Assembly: GCA_963700985.1 (NCBI GenBank)
Contig: OY969554.1
Coordinates: 1,024,001 to 1,088,000 of the forward strand
Source of the DNA: an uncultured Chlamydiales bacterium
Lineage (GTDB): Bacteria; Chlamydiota; Chlamydiia; Chlamydiales; Rhabdochlamydiaceae
Reading direction: 5' to 3'
Length of the DNA: 64,000 nt
This document shows, piece by piece, positions 20,228 to 30,522 of the stretch. The translations under genes were made by a program, and so were the position numbers. Below the pieces are notes generated by a model that searched no databases, was not told where the DNA came from, and saw nothing but the letters and a program-made list of their open reading frames with translations. Numbering within the stretch: position 1 is the stretch's first letter; every line of letters begins with the position of its first letter.

Positions 20228-23111
20228 ACTTCTTTTTGCTCCCCTCTTAATTGCGGAGCAAAACAACGAAGCTAGCACTCGTCTGCTCTATCAAACAATT
20301 GAAAACGCTACAGCCTATCCTCTTTTAAATCCTGCCTTAGGTGAGCGAAAATTCGATAAGATCCAACTTAAAAATGGCCTGCAAGTTTATTTAATCTCAG
20401 ATCCGGAAGCCAAACAATCGGCAGCTGGTCTCTGCGTTGAAGCGGGTTCGTGGAATGATCCGAAAGAGTTCCCTGGCATGGCGCACTTTCTAGAGCACAT
20501 GCTCTTCATGGGCAATGCAGCTTATCCTAATGAGTTTGAGTACATGCACTTCATCGCCGACAATGGCGGAAAAGTCAACGCCTCAACTTGGCCAGATCGC
20601 ACGATTTACATGTTCTCGATCAATAATGATGCGTTCAAAGGCGCTTTAGATCGTTTTTCTCACTTCTTCATCGATCCACTCTTTCTTACTTCTTGCATCC
20701 AGCGTGAGCTGCATGCCGTCGATCAAGAACACGCTAAAAACATTGAGCATGATGGCTGGCGCCAGTATATGGTTTTCAAAGAGACTGGCAATCCTCAGCA
20801 TCCTAATGCGAGCTTTTCAACCGGAAATGCCAAAACACTCGGCCATATTCCTCAAGCCGCTCTTAAAAAGTGGTATGAAGGGCATTATAGTTCTGAGAAA
20901 ATGCGTCTAGTGGTGCTCTCGCCTCTTTCCTTAGCTGAACTTACGCCTCTTGTCACAAATACTTTTTCGCAAGTGCCTGTAAGACAAGTTGTAGAAAAGC
21001 CTCTGCCAGATCAACTCTCTTCTGCCCAGCAGCGCGGGCATATGATCTACTTGAAGCCTATTCGCGATCTTAGAACACTCTCGCTTATGTGGGAGATTCC
21101 TTCTGCCCTCTTCGACATGGATAAACGCTCGATGACCTCACTTGCGGCTTATGTGCTCAATAACGAGACGCAAAACAGCTTAAGCGAGCAGTTAAAACGC
21201 GAAAAGTTAGCTGAATCGATTAGAGCTAGCTGCGATATGCAATCTAAAGGCAAGCTCCTCTTTACGATCGACGTCAATCTTACTCCCCAGGGCATTACCC
21301 AGACTGATGCGGTCATTGCGCGCATTTATCAAACTCTTGCCCGGCTTAAAGAAGAAGGCATTCCAACTCGCCTCTTTGAAGAGATGAAAAAAATGTCGGT
21401 CTTAAGCTACCAGTATCAATCGCGCGAGGATGCTTTTGGATTCATCTCAAAGCATGCCCATGACATTTTGGATGAAGATCTCGCAACCTATCCAGAAAAA
21501 ACCCTCATTCCGAATATCTATGATTCGGACTTTTTGGCAACTTTTCTACGTTCGCTTACACCTGAGAGCTGCATCTATTTCCTGCAAGCTGATCCTGATA
21601 AAGTGGGCATCCAGACGGATAAAAAAGAGAAGTGGATGGAAGCTGAATATGCTATCCGAGAAATCCCCCAGAATAAATTGGCAGCTTGGGCAAAACTCGG
21701 TCCGCACCCTCAAATTTCTCTTCCGGCTCAAAACCCCTTCCTGCCAGATTTTTCTAACCTGACACTCGCCCAAGAAGTCAGCGAAGCGCCTGTTATTCCT
21801 ACTCTTTTAGCAGATGACAGATCGGGCAAACTCTATTACGCCACCGATAAACGCTATCTCGTGCCTGAGGTATTTGCCTCTTTTGCCCTAAAAACACCTC
21901 AACTCGATGGCAGCACTAAGTCTGCGGTACTGACAGCTCTTTATATCAAGGCTCTAACTGAAAAGCTCTCTGGTACGCTCTGGTATGCGCAAATGGCGGG
22001 CCTAGATCCAGCCTTTGGCATCCAGGATTTAAAATTTGTTGTGGCTTTACATGGGTATAATTTTAAAGCACCTCTGCTCTTAAAAGAGATTTTCGCCACC
22101 TTAAAGGATGTTCAGCCCCCGAAAGAACAGTTCGAACTCTACAAACAAGCTCTGCATAGCGACTATGAGAATGACACGAAAGAGCTTCCCCTTATGCAGG
22201 CGCGCGAGCTTTTAGAGAGCATTCTTTATAATGACTCATCGACTTCGGCTGAAAAAATGAATGCCTTAAATGGCATCTCCTATGAAGAGTTTACGACTTT
22301 TTGCAAAACGCTTTTCAAAAGCTGCTTTGTAGAAGGGCTTGTATATGGGAACATCGAAGGAAGCGAAGTTAAACTTCTCTGGGAAGATCTTAAGAGTTCA
22401 TTGAGTGCAACTCCTCTTCCAACCTCTATGCAGCAGAGAAAACAGCTCCTGCTTCTGCCTGAAAGACGTGGTCCCTATCTTATTACGCAAACTACTCCAC
22501 GCCAAGGAAACGGTGTCATCCTTGTTTTAGAGGAAGGACCGTTTACCTTTGAAAAGAGAGCCGCCCAAGAGATCCTGGGTATTGCTCTACAAGAAGCTTT
22601 CTTCGATACATTACGCACAAAGCAGCAAACGGGTTATATCGCCAAAGCTTGGCCGCTAGAAAAAGAGAAGCAACTTCTTCAATTCTTCGCTGTGCAATCG
22701 AGCACGCACCATCCTAGTGATTTGATTGCGCGCTTTGAACTCTTTTTAGAAAATTTCGTTAAGTTTTTTCCAGAGAAGATCTCAAATGAGCGCTTTGAAG
22801 GCATGCGCAACATGCACATCACCACGCTTCTAATGCCGCCTGAGAATCTCTACATGATGGGGCTTAGACTCAATAAGCTCGCATTCGAATATAATGCTGA
22901 TTTCAGCTGGATCGATAAGCGTATTGAAGCTGCTAAAAACCTCTCTTATGAGAGAATACAGCTTCTTGCTCGAGAGTTTCTCTCGCGCAATAACCTAAGG
23001 CGCCTGGCCGTGCTAATGGAGGGTGTGCTTAATCGCGAGAATGACTTCCATTATGAGTGCGTCTCTAAGGAAGATATCTGCGACCTCGGCGTTTACATCT
23101 CCTCCAACTAG
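20193..23111 (+). CDS. Insulinase/protease III family M16 peptidase (exported)
   Basis: Signal peptide; GMAHFLEHMLF (HxxEH); FFDTLRTKQQTGY. Confidence 0.94.
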   Translation: MKKLLTLASALELLFAPLLIAEQNNEASTRLLYQTIENATAYPLLNPALGERKFDKIQLKNGLQVYLISDPEAKQSAAGLCVEAGSWNDPKEFPGMAHFLEHMLFMGNAAYPNEFEYMHFIADNGGKVNASTWPDRTIYMFSINNDAFKGALDRFSHFFIDPLFLTSCIQRELHAVDQEHAKNIEHDGWRQYMVFKETGNPQHPNASFSTGNAKTLGHIPQAALKKWYEGHYSSEKMRLVVLSPLSLAELTPLVTNTFSQVPVRQVVEKPLPDQLSSAQQRGHMIYLKPIRDLRTLSLMWEIPSALFDMDKRSMTSLAAYVLNNETQNSLSEQLKREKLAESIRASCDMQSKGKLLFTIDVNLTPQGITQTDAVIARIYQTLARLKEEGIPTRLFEEMKKMSVLSYQYQSREDAFGFISKHAHDILDEDLATYPEKTLIPNIYDSDFLATFLRSLTPESCIYFLQADPDKVGIQTDKKEKWMEAEYAIREIPQNKLAAWAKLGPHPQISLPAQNPFLPDFSNLTLAQEVSEAPVIPTLLADDRSGKLYYATDKRYLVPEVFASFALKTPQLDGSTKSAVLTALYIKALTEKLSGTLWYAQMAGLDPAFGIQDLKFVVALHGYNFKAPLLLKEIFATLKDVQPPKEQFELYKQALHSDYENDTKELPLMQARELLESILYNDSSTSAEKMNALNGISYEEFTTFCKTLFKSCFVEGLVYGNIEGSEVKLLWEDLKSSLSATPLPTSMQQRKQLLLLPERRGPYLITQTTPRQGNGVILVLEEGPFTFEKRAAQEILGIALQEAFFDTLRTKQQTGYIAKAWPLEKEKQLLQFFAVQSSTHHPSDLIARFELFLENFVKFFPEKISNERFEGMRNMHITTLLMPPENLYMMGLRLNKLAFEYNADFSWIDKRIEAAKNLSYERIQLLAREFLSRNNLRRLAVLMEGVLNRENDFHYECVSKEDICDLGVYISSN

Positions 23112-23142
23112 ATCTTGCAGAAAGCCTACTAGTTTATACACA

Positions 23143-23224
23143 AAACAAGATGCGCAGGACCAGGCAGGATAGGGAAGATATCTTGCTTATCCTACCGCTT
23201 GCGATCCTACTTATCCTGTTAATG
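23143..23224. repeat. CAGGAT/ATCCTG palindromic repeat, copy B (inverted relative to copy A)
   Basis: aaacaagatgcgcaggaccaggcaggatagggaagat...atcctacttatcctgttaatg. Confidence 0.7.
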
Positions 23225-23248
23225 TGTTTATTCCAGAGAGTTTATTGC

Positions 23249-23280
23249 TTAGTTGATGCGCATCACTGCGCATCAACTAA
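23249..23280. terminator. Perfect 14-bp hairpin between convergent genes
   Basis: ttagttgatgcgca-tcac-tgcgcatcaactaa. Confidence 0.7.
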
Positions 23281-23299
23281 AAGAGTTTACGGACAACTC

Positions 23300-24619
23300 T
23301 TAGATCATGGATTTAACGAGGCCCAAGACATTCTGTTCGAATGAAGGCAGACGGAAGTCGCCTCTTGCAGAGGGCGACTGGGTCGTCTGGCTTAAAAGAG
23401 TCGTCGCTCGCGATCCAAGCTCGGCGATGTCACAGAATGCATCACCTAAGTTGTGTTTTTTTACAAATGAGACGTTAAAGCTTTCCCACCAGATATGTTG
23501 AGCAGAAGAGTTCTCAGTATTATCCAAAAGCAGTCTCTTGCCTAGATAGATCGCCTCGTTGACCGAGCAGGAACCCGTTTTGGTTATTACGAGATCTGAA
23601 CAAGCCATAATCTCAACTACTTCCTTGGTGAAAGTGCGAAGATGGAGGTAAACCTTATCTTTGGTAAGCAAACTAGTGTAGGCGTCGCACTGGTAAATCA
23701 CTTCGCCGCCTTGTGCAATAGCCCAAGTTTTGATGACTTCAGCAATCTTGCGGTTTCTGCCTACGCAGACATTTAATTGGAAACCACGTCCAGTAGTGGC
23801 TTCGAGGGAAAGCTTAGAGAGCTCTTGCGCGTAATGCAAGATCGTATCGCCGCCTTCAGCACCCATGATGATTGTAAGCGTCGATAGCCCTTCGATGATC
23901 CCATGCTTTTTCTTTAGCTGAACAACTTCATTCGGCTGATATTTTTTAAGACAGGCTGGTCTAACTGGAAATCCAGTTACATGTAGATGTTTTGCTTTAA
24001 GGCGACCTTCTCGCACGGCTTTTAATTGCAGATCGGGATCGTCATAAGGCAGTGCAACCCGCAGTTTTGCTTCTTCAGATATCAGCACTTCATCCATCCC
24101 CAACAGAAAGGTTTCGCTATCGAGATCGGTTGGAAGAATAACAAAAGGGATATCGCTTGCTTGTGCAGCCTCAAAAAGGGGTGCATTGATCATTGGAAAA
24201 GTTGAGATAATGAGCGCAGGTGTATTGCCAGCATTTTTTTGCAGATATCTATTGAATAGCTTTTTTACGCGCTTGATCTTGGAGCGCATATAGTAAGTGC
24301 CCACATGACAAAAAAGCACTTTGATAAAGCGGTGATGGCCTCTTCTTAAAAGGTGATTATAGAGGTCTTCCGCGGTAAATCTGCCAAAGGTGAGAATACT
24401 GAGAAAATCAATCGGACGGAGCATGTGGGAAAGAGGATTGACTACGTCAACATCATATAGGTCGCCTAAGATCTCTTTTAAAGAGTCGCCAGCTGCTTTG
24501 TGCCCACCTCCACCTTCACTGATCAAAACTAAGATTTTTTTCTTTTGTGCTGCGTCACTTTTGACTGCTGTTTCTGTATTGTACATATTATTTTCTAGCG
24601 CCATGTCTTTGACATTCAT
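23300..24619 (-). CDS. MGDG-synthase/UgtP-like diacylglycerol glycosyltransferase (GT28)
   Basis: GGGGHKAA, IISTFP, PTD, TGFPVR and ITKTGSCSVNEA motifs. Confidence 0.8.
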   Translation of the reverse strand: MNVKDMALENNMYNTETAVKSDAAQKKKILVLISEGGGGHKAAGDSLKEILGDLYDVDVVNPLSHMLRPIDFLSILTFGRFTAEDLYNHLLRRGHHRFIKVLFCHVGTYYMRSKIKRVKKLFNRYLQKNAGNTPALIISTFPMINAPLFEAAQASDIPFVILPTDLDSETFLLGMDEVLISEEAKLRVALPYDDPDLQLKAVREGRLKAKHLHVTGFPVRPACLKKYQPNEVVQLKKKHGIIEGLSTLTIIMGAEGGDTILHYAQELSKLSLEATTGRGFQLNVCVGRNRKIAEVIKTWAIAQGGEVIYQCDAYTSLLTKDKVYLHLRTFTKEVVEIMACSDLVITKTGSCSVNEAIYLGKRLLLDNTENSSAQHIWWESFNVSFVKKHNLGDAFCDIAELGSRATTLLSQTTQSPSARGDFRLPSFEQNVLGLVKSMI

Positions 24620-27249
24620 TGATATTGTCCAAGCTGCTGGAGAAGTTTAGCGACAAGTCCGGTCCAACCCGTTTGATGGCTGGCTCCAATACCGGCACCA
24701 TTGTCACCGTGAAAGTATTCGTAGAAAAGGAGGTAATCCTTCCAATAAGGATCATCCTGAAAGGTGGAATTACCACCAAAAATCGGTCTATGCCCTTTAG
24801 AATCTTTTAAGAACATGCGGACCAAACGGTGAGAAATTTCACTAGCGACCTCCCAAAGGGTCATCATTTTTCCAGAACCGGTGGGACACTCTACCTTATA
24901 GTCATCGCCCAGATAGTAATGGAATTTCTGAAGTGATTCAATGATTAACATATTTAGTGGGAACCAAACGGGTCCGCGCCAGTTGGAATTCCCCCCAAAT
25001 AAGCGGGTCGAAGATTCGGCTGGCTCGTATTTTACTGTATACTCATGCGCATTTAATTTGAGAGTGTATGGGTGTTCTTCATGATATTTAGAAAGTGAGC
25101 GAATGCCATAAGGACTCAAAAACTCTTTTTCATCTAACACCTTTGACAAAACACGCTTTAATCTTTCAGGAGTCATAATCGAAAAGAGTCTTCGACCCTC
25201 TCTTCCGGGTTCACTAGCACAAGCCATTTTATCACAAAGATCTCCGCGGTTTTTTAAAAACCACTCGAGACGTTTATTAAAGCCCTTAAATTTTTCGAGC
25301 TGCTCGGGTTTCAATACAGTCACCGCAAAAAGCGGGATAATACTCACCATCGAGTGCACTTTTATGCGTTGGACGTTGTTACCTGGCATGAGCAGTAGAT
25401 CATAATAAAAGCCATCCTCTTCATCCCAAAGCGGGACTTTATCGCCACTTTGAAAGTTGATTGCACCGGAAATATACAGAAAATGCTCGAAGAACTTACT
25501 CGCCATGTCTTCATAGGTGGGGTTTTCAACTGCTAGCTCTAATGAAATGGTGAGCATATTTAGACAATACATCCCCATCCAACTTGTCGCATCCGATTGA
25601 TAGAGCGTTCCTCCATCGGGAATCTGCTCGCTGCGATTGAATACACTAATGTTATCCATGCCTAAGAAGCCGCCTTGAAAGACGTTTCTACCACCGGCAT
25701 CTTTACGATTGACCCACCAAGTGAAGTTGAGCAGCAGCTTTTGAAAAACACCTTCTAAAAAGAGACGATCTTTCTGCTGATGCAGCTTTTCTCCCATTTT
25801 ATAAACACGCCAGCTGGCCCACGCATGCACAGGCGGATTGACATCACTAAATGACCATTCATATGCGGGCAGCTGTCCATTTGGATGCATATACCACTCG
25901 CGCATGAGCAAAAGCAGTTGCTTTTTAGCAAAATCAGGATCGACCATCGCAAATGGTAGTGCATGAAAAGCGCTGTCCCAAGAAAAGAAACCCGGATACT
26001 CCCATTTGTCTGGTGTGGAGTGAATATCGTCGTTGTATAGATGCCCCCATTCTCCATTTCGATCGATTTTTCTTTTTGGAGGTTTACCGATTTCTAACGG
26101 ATCTTTATGCAACCAGTCGTCGACAATGTAGTGATAAAATTGTTTATTCCAAAGCATGCCTGCTAGCGCTTGCCTTTGAATTTGCTGCTGCTCCAAGGTC
26201 AAATAAGGACAGGCGAGCTCATGATAAAACTCATCCGCCTCGCTTTTTCTTTTTTGGAAGGTCTCATCGAATTGCGAAAATGCAGAGGAAGCTAACTCTG
26301 GCTTATCTGAAAAGCGGAGCTTTATCTCAAAAGTAGCACCAGGTGCGATTTCAGCTGAGTAATGCAGAGCAGATTTTGTGCCGGTTTTATTGGGGTTTAC
26401 CGCTTCAGAAGCTTTATGAATAACATATTCATGAAAAGCATCCTTCACATATGGAGTGGGATTGGGACGGTTAAAAACGCGCTTCATGTTGGTCTCATTC
26501 TCAGTAAAGAGCGTTTCAATGGGCTGATTGAAATAGAAAAAGCGTTTGCCATATTTTGGATGTTCAGCTTCTAAATAATTGCCCTTAGAAGATATGCGCG
26601 GCTTTGGCTGCCCCTCTTTCCATGACCAATCATTGCGGAACCAGAGTGTCGGAAACACATGTAACGTTTTGGGTAAATCTCCTCGATTGGTTGCCTTAAT
26701 GCGTATCAAAAGATCTTCATGATCTAGTTTGGCATACTCAATTGAGATATCGAAATAGCGATTCTTTTCAAACACGCCTGTATCGATCAGTTCATATTCG
26801 GGTTCGGTGATGCTACGTTTTTGATTCTCTTCAACTAACTTAGCGTATGGATAAGCTTGCTGGGGATATTTGTAGAGATAGAGCATGTAGCTGTGCGTGG
26901 GAGTATTATCCAGGTGAAAATAGTACTCTTTGACATCCTCGCCATGATTCCCTTCTTTGCCAGTAAGGCCAAACAGCCTCTCTTTAAGAATGGGATCCTC
27001 ACCATTCCAAAAGGCGGGAGCAAAACAGAAGCGCTGATGATTATCTGAGATCCCTGCAATACCATCTTCTCCCCAGCGATAAACTCGCGAACGGGCTTGA
27101 TCATGCGTGAAATAGTTCCAAGCCTCTCCATCCTCACTGTAATCTTCACGAACCGTGGCCCACTCTCGTTCACTGAGATATGGTCCCCAGCGCCGCCAGT
27201 GCTTCTCCTGCTTGCGAGCTTCTTCAAGCCGCGCTTTTTCAGCCGACAT
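24616..27249 (-). CDS. GH63/MGH1-like glucosidase
   Basis: WGPYLSERE, NHGEDVKE, PDKWEYP, WRGPVWFP and GASHQTGWT motifs. Confidence 0.92.
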   Translation of the reverse strand: MSAEKARLEEARKQEKHWRRWGPYLSEREWATVREDYSEDGEAWNYFTHDQARSRVYRWGEDGIAGISDNHQRFCFAPAFWNGEDPILKERLFGLTGKEGNHGEDVKEYYFHLDNTPTHSYMLYLYKYPQQAYPYAKLVEENQKRSITEPEYELIDTGVFEKNRYFDISIEYAKLDHEDLLIRIKATNRGDLPKTLHVFPTLWFRNDWSWKEGQPKPRISSKGNYLEAEHPKYGKRFFYFNQPIETLFTENETNMKRVFNRPNPTPYVKDAFHEYVIHKASEAVNPNKTGTKSALHYSAEIAPGATFEIKLRFSDKPELASSAFSQFDETFQKRKSEADEFYHELACPYLTLEQQQIQRQALAGMLWNKQFYHYIVDDWLHKDPLEIGKPPKRKIDRNGEWGHLYNDDIHSTPDKWEYPGFFSWDSAFHALPFAMVDPDFAKKQLLLLMREWYMHPNGQLPAYEWSFSDVNPPVHAWASWRVYKMGEKLHQQKDRLFLEGVFQKLLLNFTWWVNRKDAGGRNVFQGGFLGMDNISVFNRSEQIPDGGTLYQSDATSWMGMYCLNMLTISLELAVENPTYEDMASKFFEHFLYISGAINFQSGDKVPLWDEEDGFYYDLLLMPGNNVQRIKVHSMVSIIPLFAVTVLKPEQLEKFKGFNKRLEWFLKNRGDLCDKMACASEPGREGRRLFSIMTPERLKRVLSKVLDEKEFLSPYGIRSLSKYHEEHPYTLKLNAHEYTVKYEPAESSTRLFGGNSNWRGPVWFPLNMLIIESLQKFHYYLGDDYKVECPTGSGKMMTLWEVASEISHRLVRMFLKDSKGHRPIFGGNSTFQDDPYWKDYLLFYEYFHGDNGAGIGASHQTGWTGLVAKLLQQLGQYQ

Positions 27250-27327
27250 CTGCTTTTACCTTTGCATAGGTTTTCAAAGTCAGATATAGAGAATCAAAAA
27301 ATTTGTAAGATAGAGAAATCCGTCAGA

Positions 27328-28035
27328 ATGACTTGGAAAAAAATAAAACCTTACCTTCCTCTGATAATACTCATTGTGCTCACGCACCTAGCCTATTTCA
27401 GCGGCGTTTATAGCTATCTCAGCATCAAAACCTTTAGAACAACTCATGAGAATTTGCGCCTATTTGCGGACACGCACTTACTTCTTACGCCCCTGATCTT
27501 TATAAGCATCTATGTAGTAACAGTTGTCCTCTGCTTACCTGGCCCCATTTTCTTAAGCGTGATTGCAGGCTTTCTTTTTCATCAGCCTTTTGCGACGATT
27601 TACGTCATTTTAGGTGCGACACTTGGAGCTTTTCTTTTCTTCTCAATTGCAAACTCTGCGGTGGGAGAGCTGCTTTTTAAAAAAGCTGGGCCCAAACTTC
27701 GAAAAATGGAATTAGGAATCGAAGAAAATGCTCCCTACTATCTGCTTTGTCTAAGATTTTCAGAGGTAGTGCCTTTTTGGCTGATCAACATCGCTGCAGC
27801 TTTTTTCCGAATCCGGCCTTTTACTTTTTTATGGACAACAGCCGTGGGTTTTTTGCCCAGCGCTTTTGTCTTTTCTCAAGCAGGCAGAGGGCTTAACACA
27901 TTTCTTCAATCAGGCGCAGACTTCTCATTTAGCGATCTATTAAATCCTGAAATGAAAATAGCCCTGTACGCGCTAGCACTGCTAGCTTTGCTTCCAGTGC
28001 TATTTAAAAGATGGAAAAAAAAGCGTGATAATTGA
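27328..28035 (+). CDS. TVP38/TMEM64 (VTT/DedA-like) membrane protein
   Basis: LPG...AGFLF...GATLGA...LRF..VPF..IN; start moved to ATG at 27328. Confidence 0.85.
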   Translation: MTWKKIKPYLPLIILIVLTHLAYFSGVYSYLSIKTFRTTHENLRLFADTHLLLTPLIFISIYVVTVVLCLPGPIFLSVIAGFLFHQPFATIYVILGATLGAFLFFSIANSAVGELLFKKAGPKLRKMELGIEENAPYYLLCLRFSEVVPFWLINIAAAFFRIRPFTFLWTTAVGFLPSAFVFSQAGRGLNTFLQSGADFSFSDLLNPEMKIALYALALLALLPVLFKRWKKKRDN

Positions 28036-28047
28036 ACCTATGGCTAT

Positions 28048-29682
28048 TTAAACAGGCAAAGGAGCGCCTGGCTCAATAGGTCTACTGCTGCGGAAAAGGT
28101 GAATACCCAGACAGCTTAAAATGTTTTTAGCCAGATAATAGAGCACATAGATAATCCGATAAAGAACCTGCGTTCCCCAAAAAAGGCGCGTTCTCTCATA
28201 CCAGGCAATCTCAGCCCCGCGGGTAAAGTTATCGAGCTGAAGATCGAGATCTTCACCGATGTATTGAATCTCTCGCACTTTCAGTTCTTGAGAATTAGCT
28301 GGATCAGCATGCCGGTATGGGTGAGGACGGAGGCCGGGAATATTGCCTTCAAGCGGCACACCATTAAATTCAGTAAGATTGACCTTCACTCGAGGATTCT
28401 TAACCCCATGACCCACATGCCGACGTCCTGCGTGATCAGCTGCATCTCCCTCTTCCACATCTGGGCTGCCCTCCGCCGCTCTGTGTAGGCCGCGATTGCG
28501 AAAAATATGCAGGGTCAGATCGGGTTCAATATTGCCTTCCTCTAAAACAGGAAGTGCATTAGCCCATGCACTAAAATTATCAGCTGTCTCCACATCAACG
28601 CTCGGACCATTCATTAAAATGGCTTCATTTATATGCTCAGCAAATCTGAAAGCGCCGTCTTTTGTTAAAAAGATATCAGCTATAAGTCTTTGTAGTTGAG
28701 AACATCCGAGGCTAAAACCCACAGCGCGCAATTTTTGACCTGGACTCAAGAAATCTGGATCTGTAAATAGTTCATAAAAAAGCTCACGCGCTGCCGAATA
28801 GCCCAGTTCGCCAATCTTCTCGAGCATATCGTTTAACCAGCTCTCTACGACATCTTCGGAAGTAAGCGCGACTTGAGTTGGGCGGAAATAGATACTAGGG
28901 CTGAGTGTAGAATCTGCAGCCAATGGCTTTAATGCATAGGCTACAAGACCATCTCCTGTGCCAATTTTTTGATAGACCGTGAAATAATCAACACCGCCAT
29001 TATTGTCGGGAGCAGGAATAATCTCTCCTACTTCTAACTCGAGATTAACAATAATTTTTCCCATGCGCTGAACGAAGACAAAATCTGGTATATCAGCTCT
29101 TTGGGGGAAATCTTCTACGTTTTGGGTATACTCCAGCTTTTTTCTATCCAAACTTAGCGGGTTATGCGTAACAAGATCATAGCATGAATGCGGACCCACG
29201 CGCGTGATCGGACAATCCTTTCCGATATAGCGTATCGCCTTTGCCTGTTCCATTAGTTTAGTGATTTGCTCACGGGAAAGAGAAGCTAAAGGCGTGGCTC
29301 CGGCTAGCTCTTGAAGATCCTGGGCAAAGAGTCTGTCTCCTCCTACCCCGACGGCTTCAATATCGTTCAATTGTAAAGGTCTGCCGCTTTCAATAGCTTG
29401 CCTGAAGTTGAACTGATAACGCTCTGAAAGTCTTACAATTCTGCTTGCCGAATAGCTCTGTCTTACACTCGCTTCAAAAGCCTGCCAGGTCTTGCGGTTA
29501 ACTTCACGTTGAGTCTCTGGAATCGAGCTGGAATAACACGTACAAGAACAACCGAGCTCTTCAGCATCTGCAGCAGTGAGCTTTTCTCCATCGAATATGA
29601 GAGATTGATGCGCCTGCATCTGCTTTGCAGCGTGATAAAAATCATGCAGCGGGAGGGTGCGATCAAGAGCTGGAGTGGTCAT
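28048..29682 (-). CDS. Hypothetical protein with lipase-like GxSxG
   Basis: IYFRPT, VGFSLGC, later Asp/His candidates, hydrophobic C-terminus. Confidence 0.7.
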   Translation of the reverse strand: MTTPALDRTLPLHDFYHAAKQMQAHQSLIFDGEKLTAADAEELGCSCTCYSSSIPETQREVNRKTWQAFEASVRQSYSASRIVRLSERYQFNFRQAIESGRPLQLNDIEAVGVGGDRLFAQDLQELAGATPLASLSREQITKLMEQAKAIRYIGKDCPITRVGPHSCYDLVTHNPLSLDRKKLEYTQNVEDFPQRADIPDFVFVQRMGKIIVNLELEVGEIIPAPDNNGGVDYFTVYQKIGTGDGLVAYALKPLAADSTLSPSIYFRPTQVALTSEDVVESWLNDMLEKIGELGYSAARELFYELFTDPDFLSPGQKLRAVGFSLGCSQLQRLIADIFLTKDGAFRFAEHINEAILMNGPSVDVETADNFSAWANALPVLEEGNIEPDLTLHIFRNRGLHRAAEGSPDVEEGDAADHAGRRHVGHGVKNPRVKVNLTEFNGVPLEGNIPGLRPHPYRHADPANSQELKVREIQYIGEDLDLQLDNFTRGAEIAWYERTRLFWGTQVLYRIIYVLYYLAKNILSCLGIHLFRSSRPIEPGAPLPV

Positions 29683-29783
29683 AAATAAATTCTATATCTA
29701 AAAATTGTGAAAGATTAAGTTTATCAAAAGATTTCATTTCAATAAATAACCAAAAATCTTTTCGACAATACAAAAGATTTTAA

Positions 29784-30509
29784 TTATTCTTCTGGCATCT
29801 TCATATTATGGTAAACCACATCCACATCATCGATGTTTTCTATCCATTCAATAAGCGCAAGATTTTCTTTGAATTTCTCTGAGTCACACTCTACGAGCAC
29901 CTTAGGGATCATTTCTAGCGTCGCCTCTTGGCATTTGAGGCCCATCTGTTCAATTTTTTCCTTAACTTGATTTAGAAGATCTGGCGGAGTGGTAATCATA
30001 TAGAGCTCTTCATTCGCTTCAAAATCTTCAGCTCCAGCTTCACTTACAGCCAAGAAAAGCTCATCTTCATTAGCATCCTTTTTTAAAACTTGGATGATCC
30101 CCTTACGATCGAAGTTAAAAGCGACAGAGCCTGGATTTGCAACGTTACCGCCGCACTTGTTCGTAGCAATGCGCATTTCAGATGAGATCCGATTTTTATT
30201 ATCTGTCATGACCTCAGCGATAATCCCTACCCCGCCGTGCCCATAAAGCTCGTAGGTCATCTCGATATAATCAGCCTGCTCTTGGCTCGAGGCTTTCTTG
30301 ATGTTGCGTTCTATATTATCGTTTGGAAGATTGGCTGCTTTGGCCTTCTGAATGACAAGCTTTAGTTTGGCATTGGTTTTTAGATCTGGGCCGCCTTGTT
30401 TAACGGCTGAAATAATCTCTTTTGTCAAACGCGAATAGAGCTTGCCTTTGATGGCATCTGAGCGCGCTTTGCGATGTTTGATGTTTGCCCACTTACTATG
30501 ACCGGCCAT
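29784..30509 (-). CDS. YebC/PmpR family protein
   Basis: MAGHSKWANIKHRK, TDNKNR, DDVDVVYHN. Confidence 0.97.
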   Translation of the reverse strand: MAGHSKWANIKHRKARSDAIKGKLYSRLTKEIISAVKQGGPDLKTNAKLKLVIQKAKAANLPNDNIERNIKKASSQEQADYIEMTYELYGHGGVGIIAEVMTDNKNRISSEMRIATNKCGGNVANPGSVAFNFDRKGIIQVLKKDANEDELFLAVSEAGAEDFEANEELYMITTPPDLLNQVKEKIEQMGLKCQEATLEMIPKVLVECDSEKFKENLALIEWIENIDDVDVVYHNMKMPEE

Positions 30510-30522
30510 ATAACAATTATAT

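Noticed and set aside
23150-23344. 64-aa ORF with hydrophobic ILLIL run
   Set aside because: The run is a by-product of the ATCCT repeat element.
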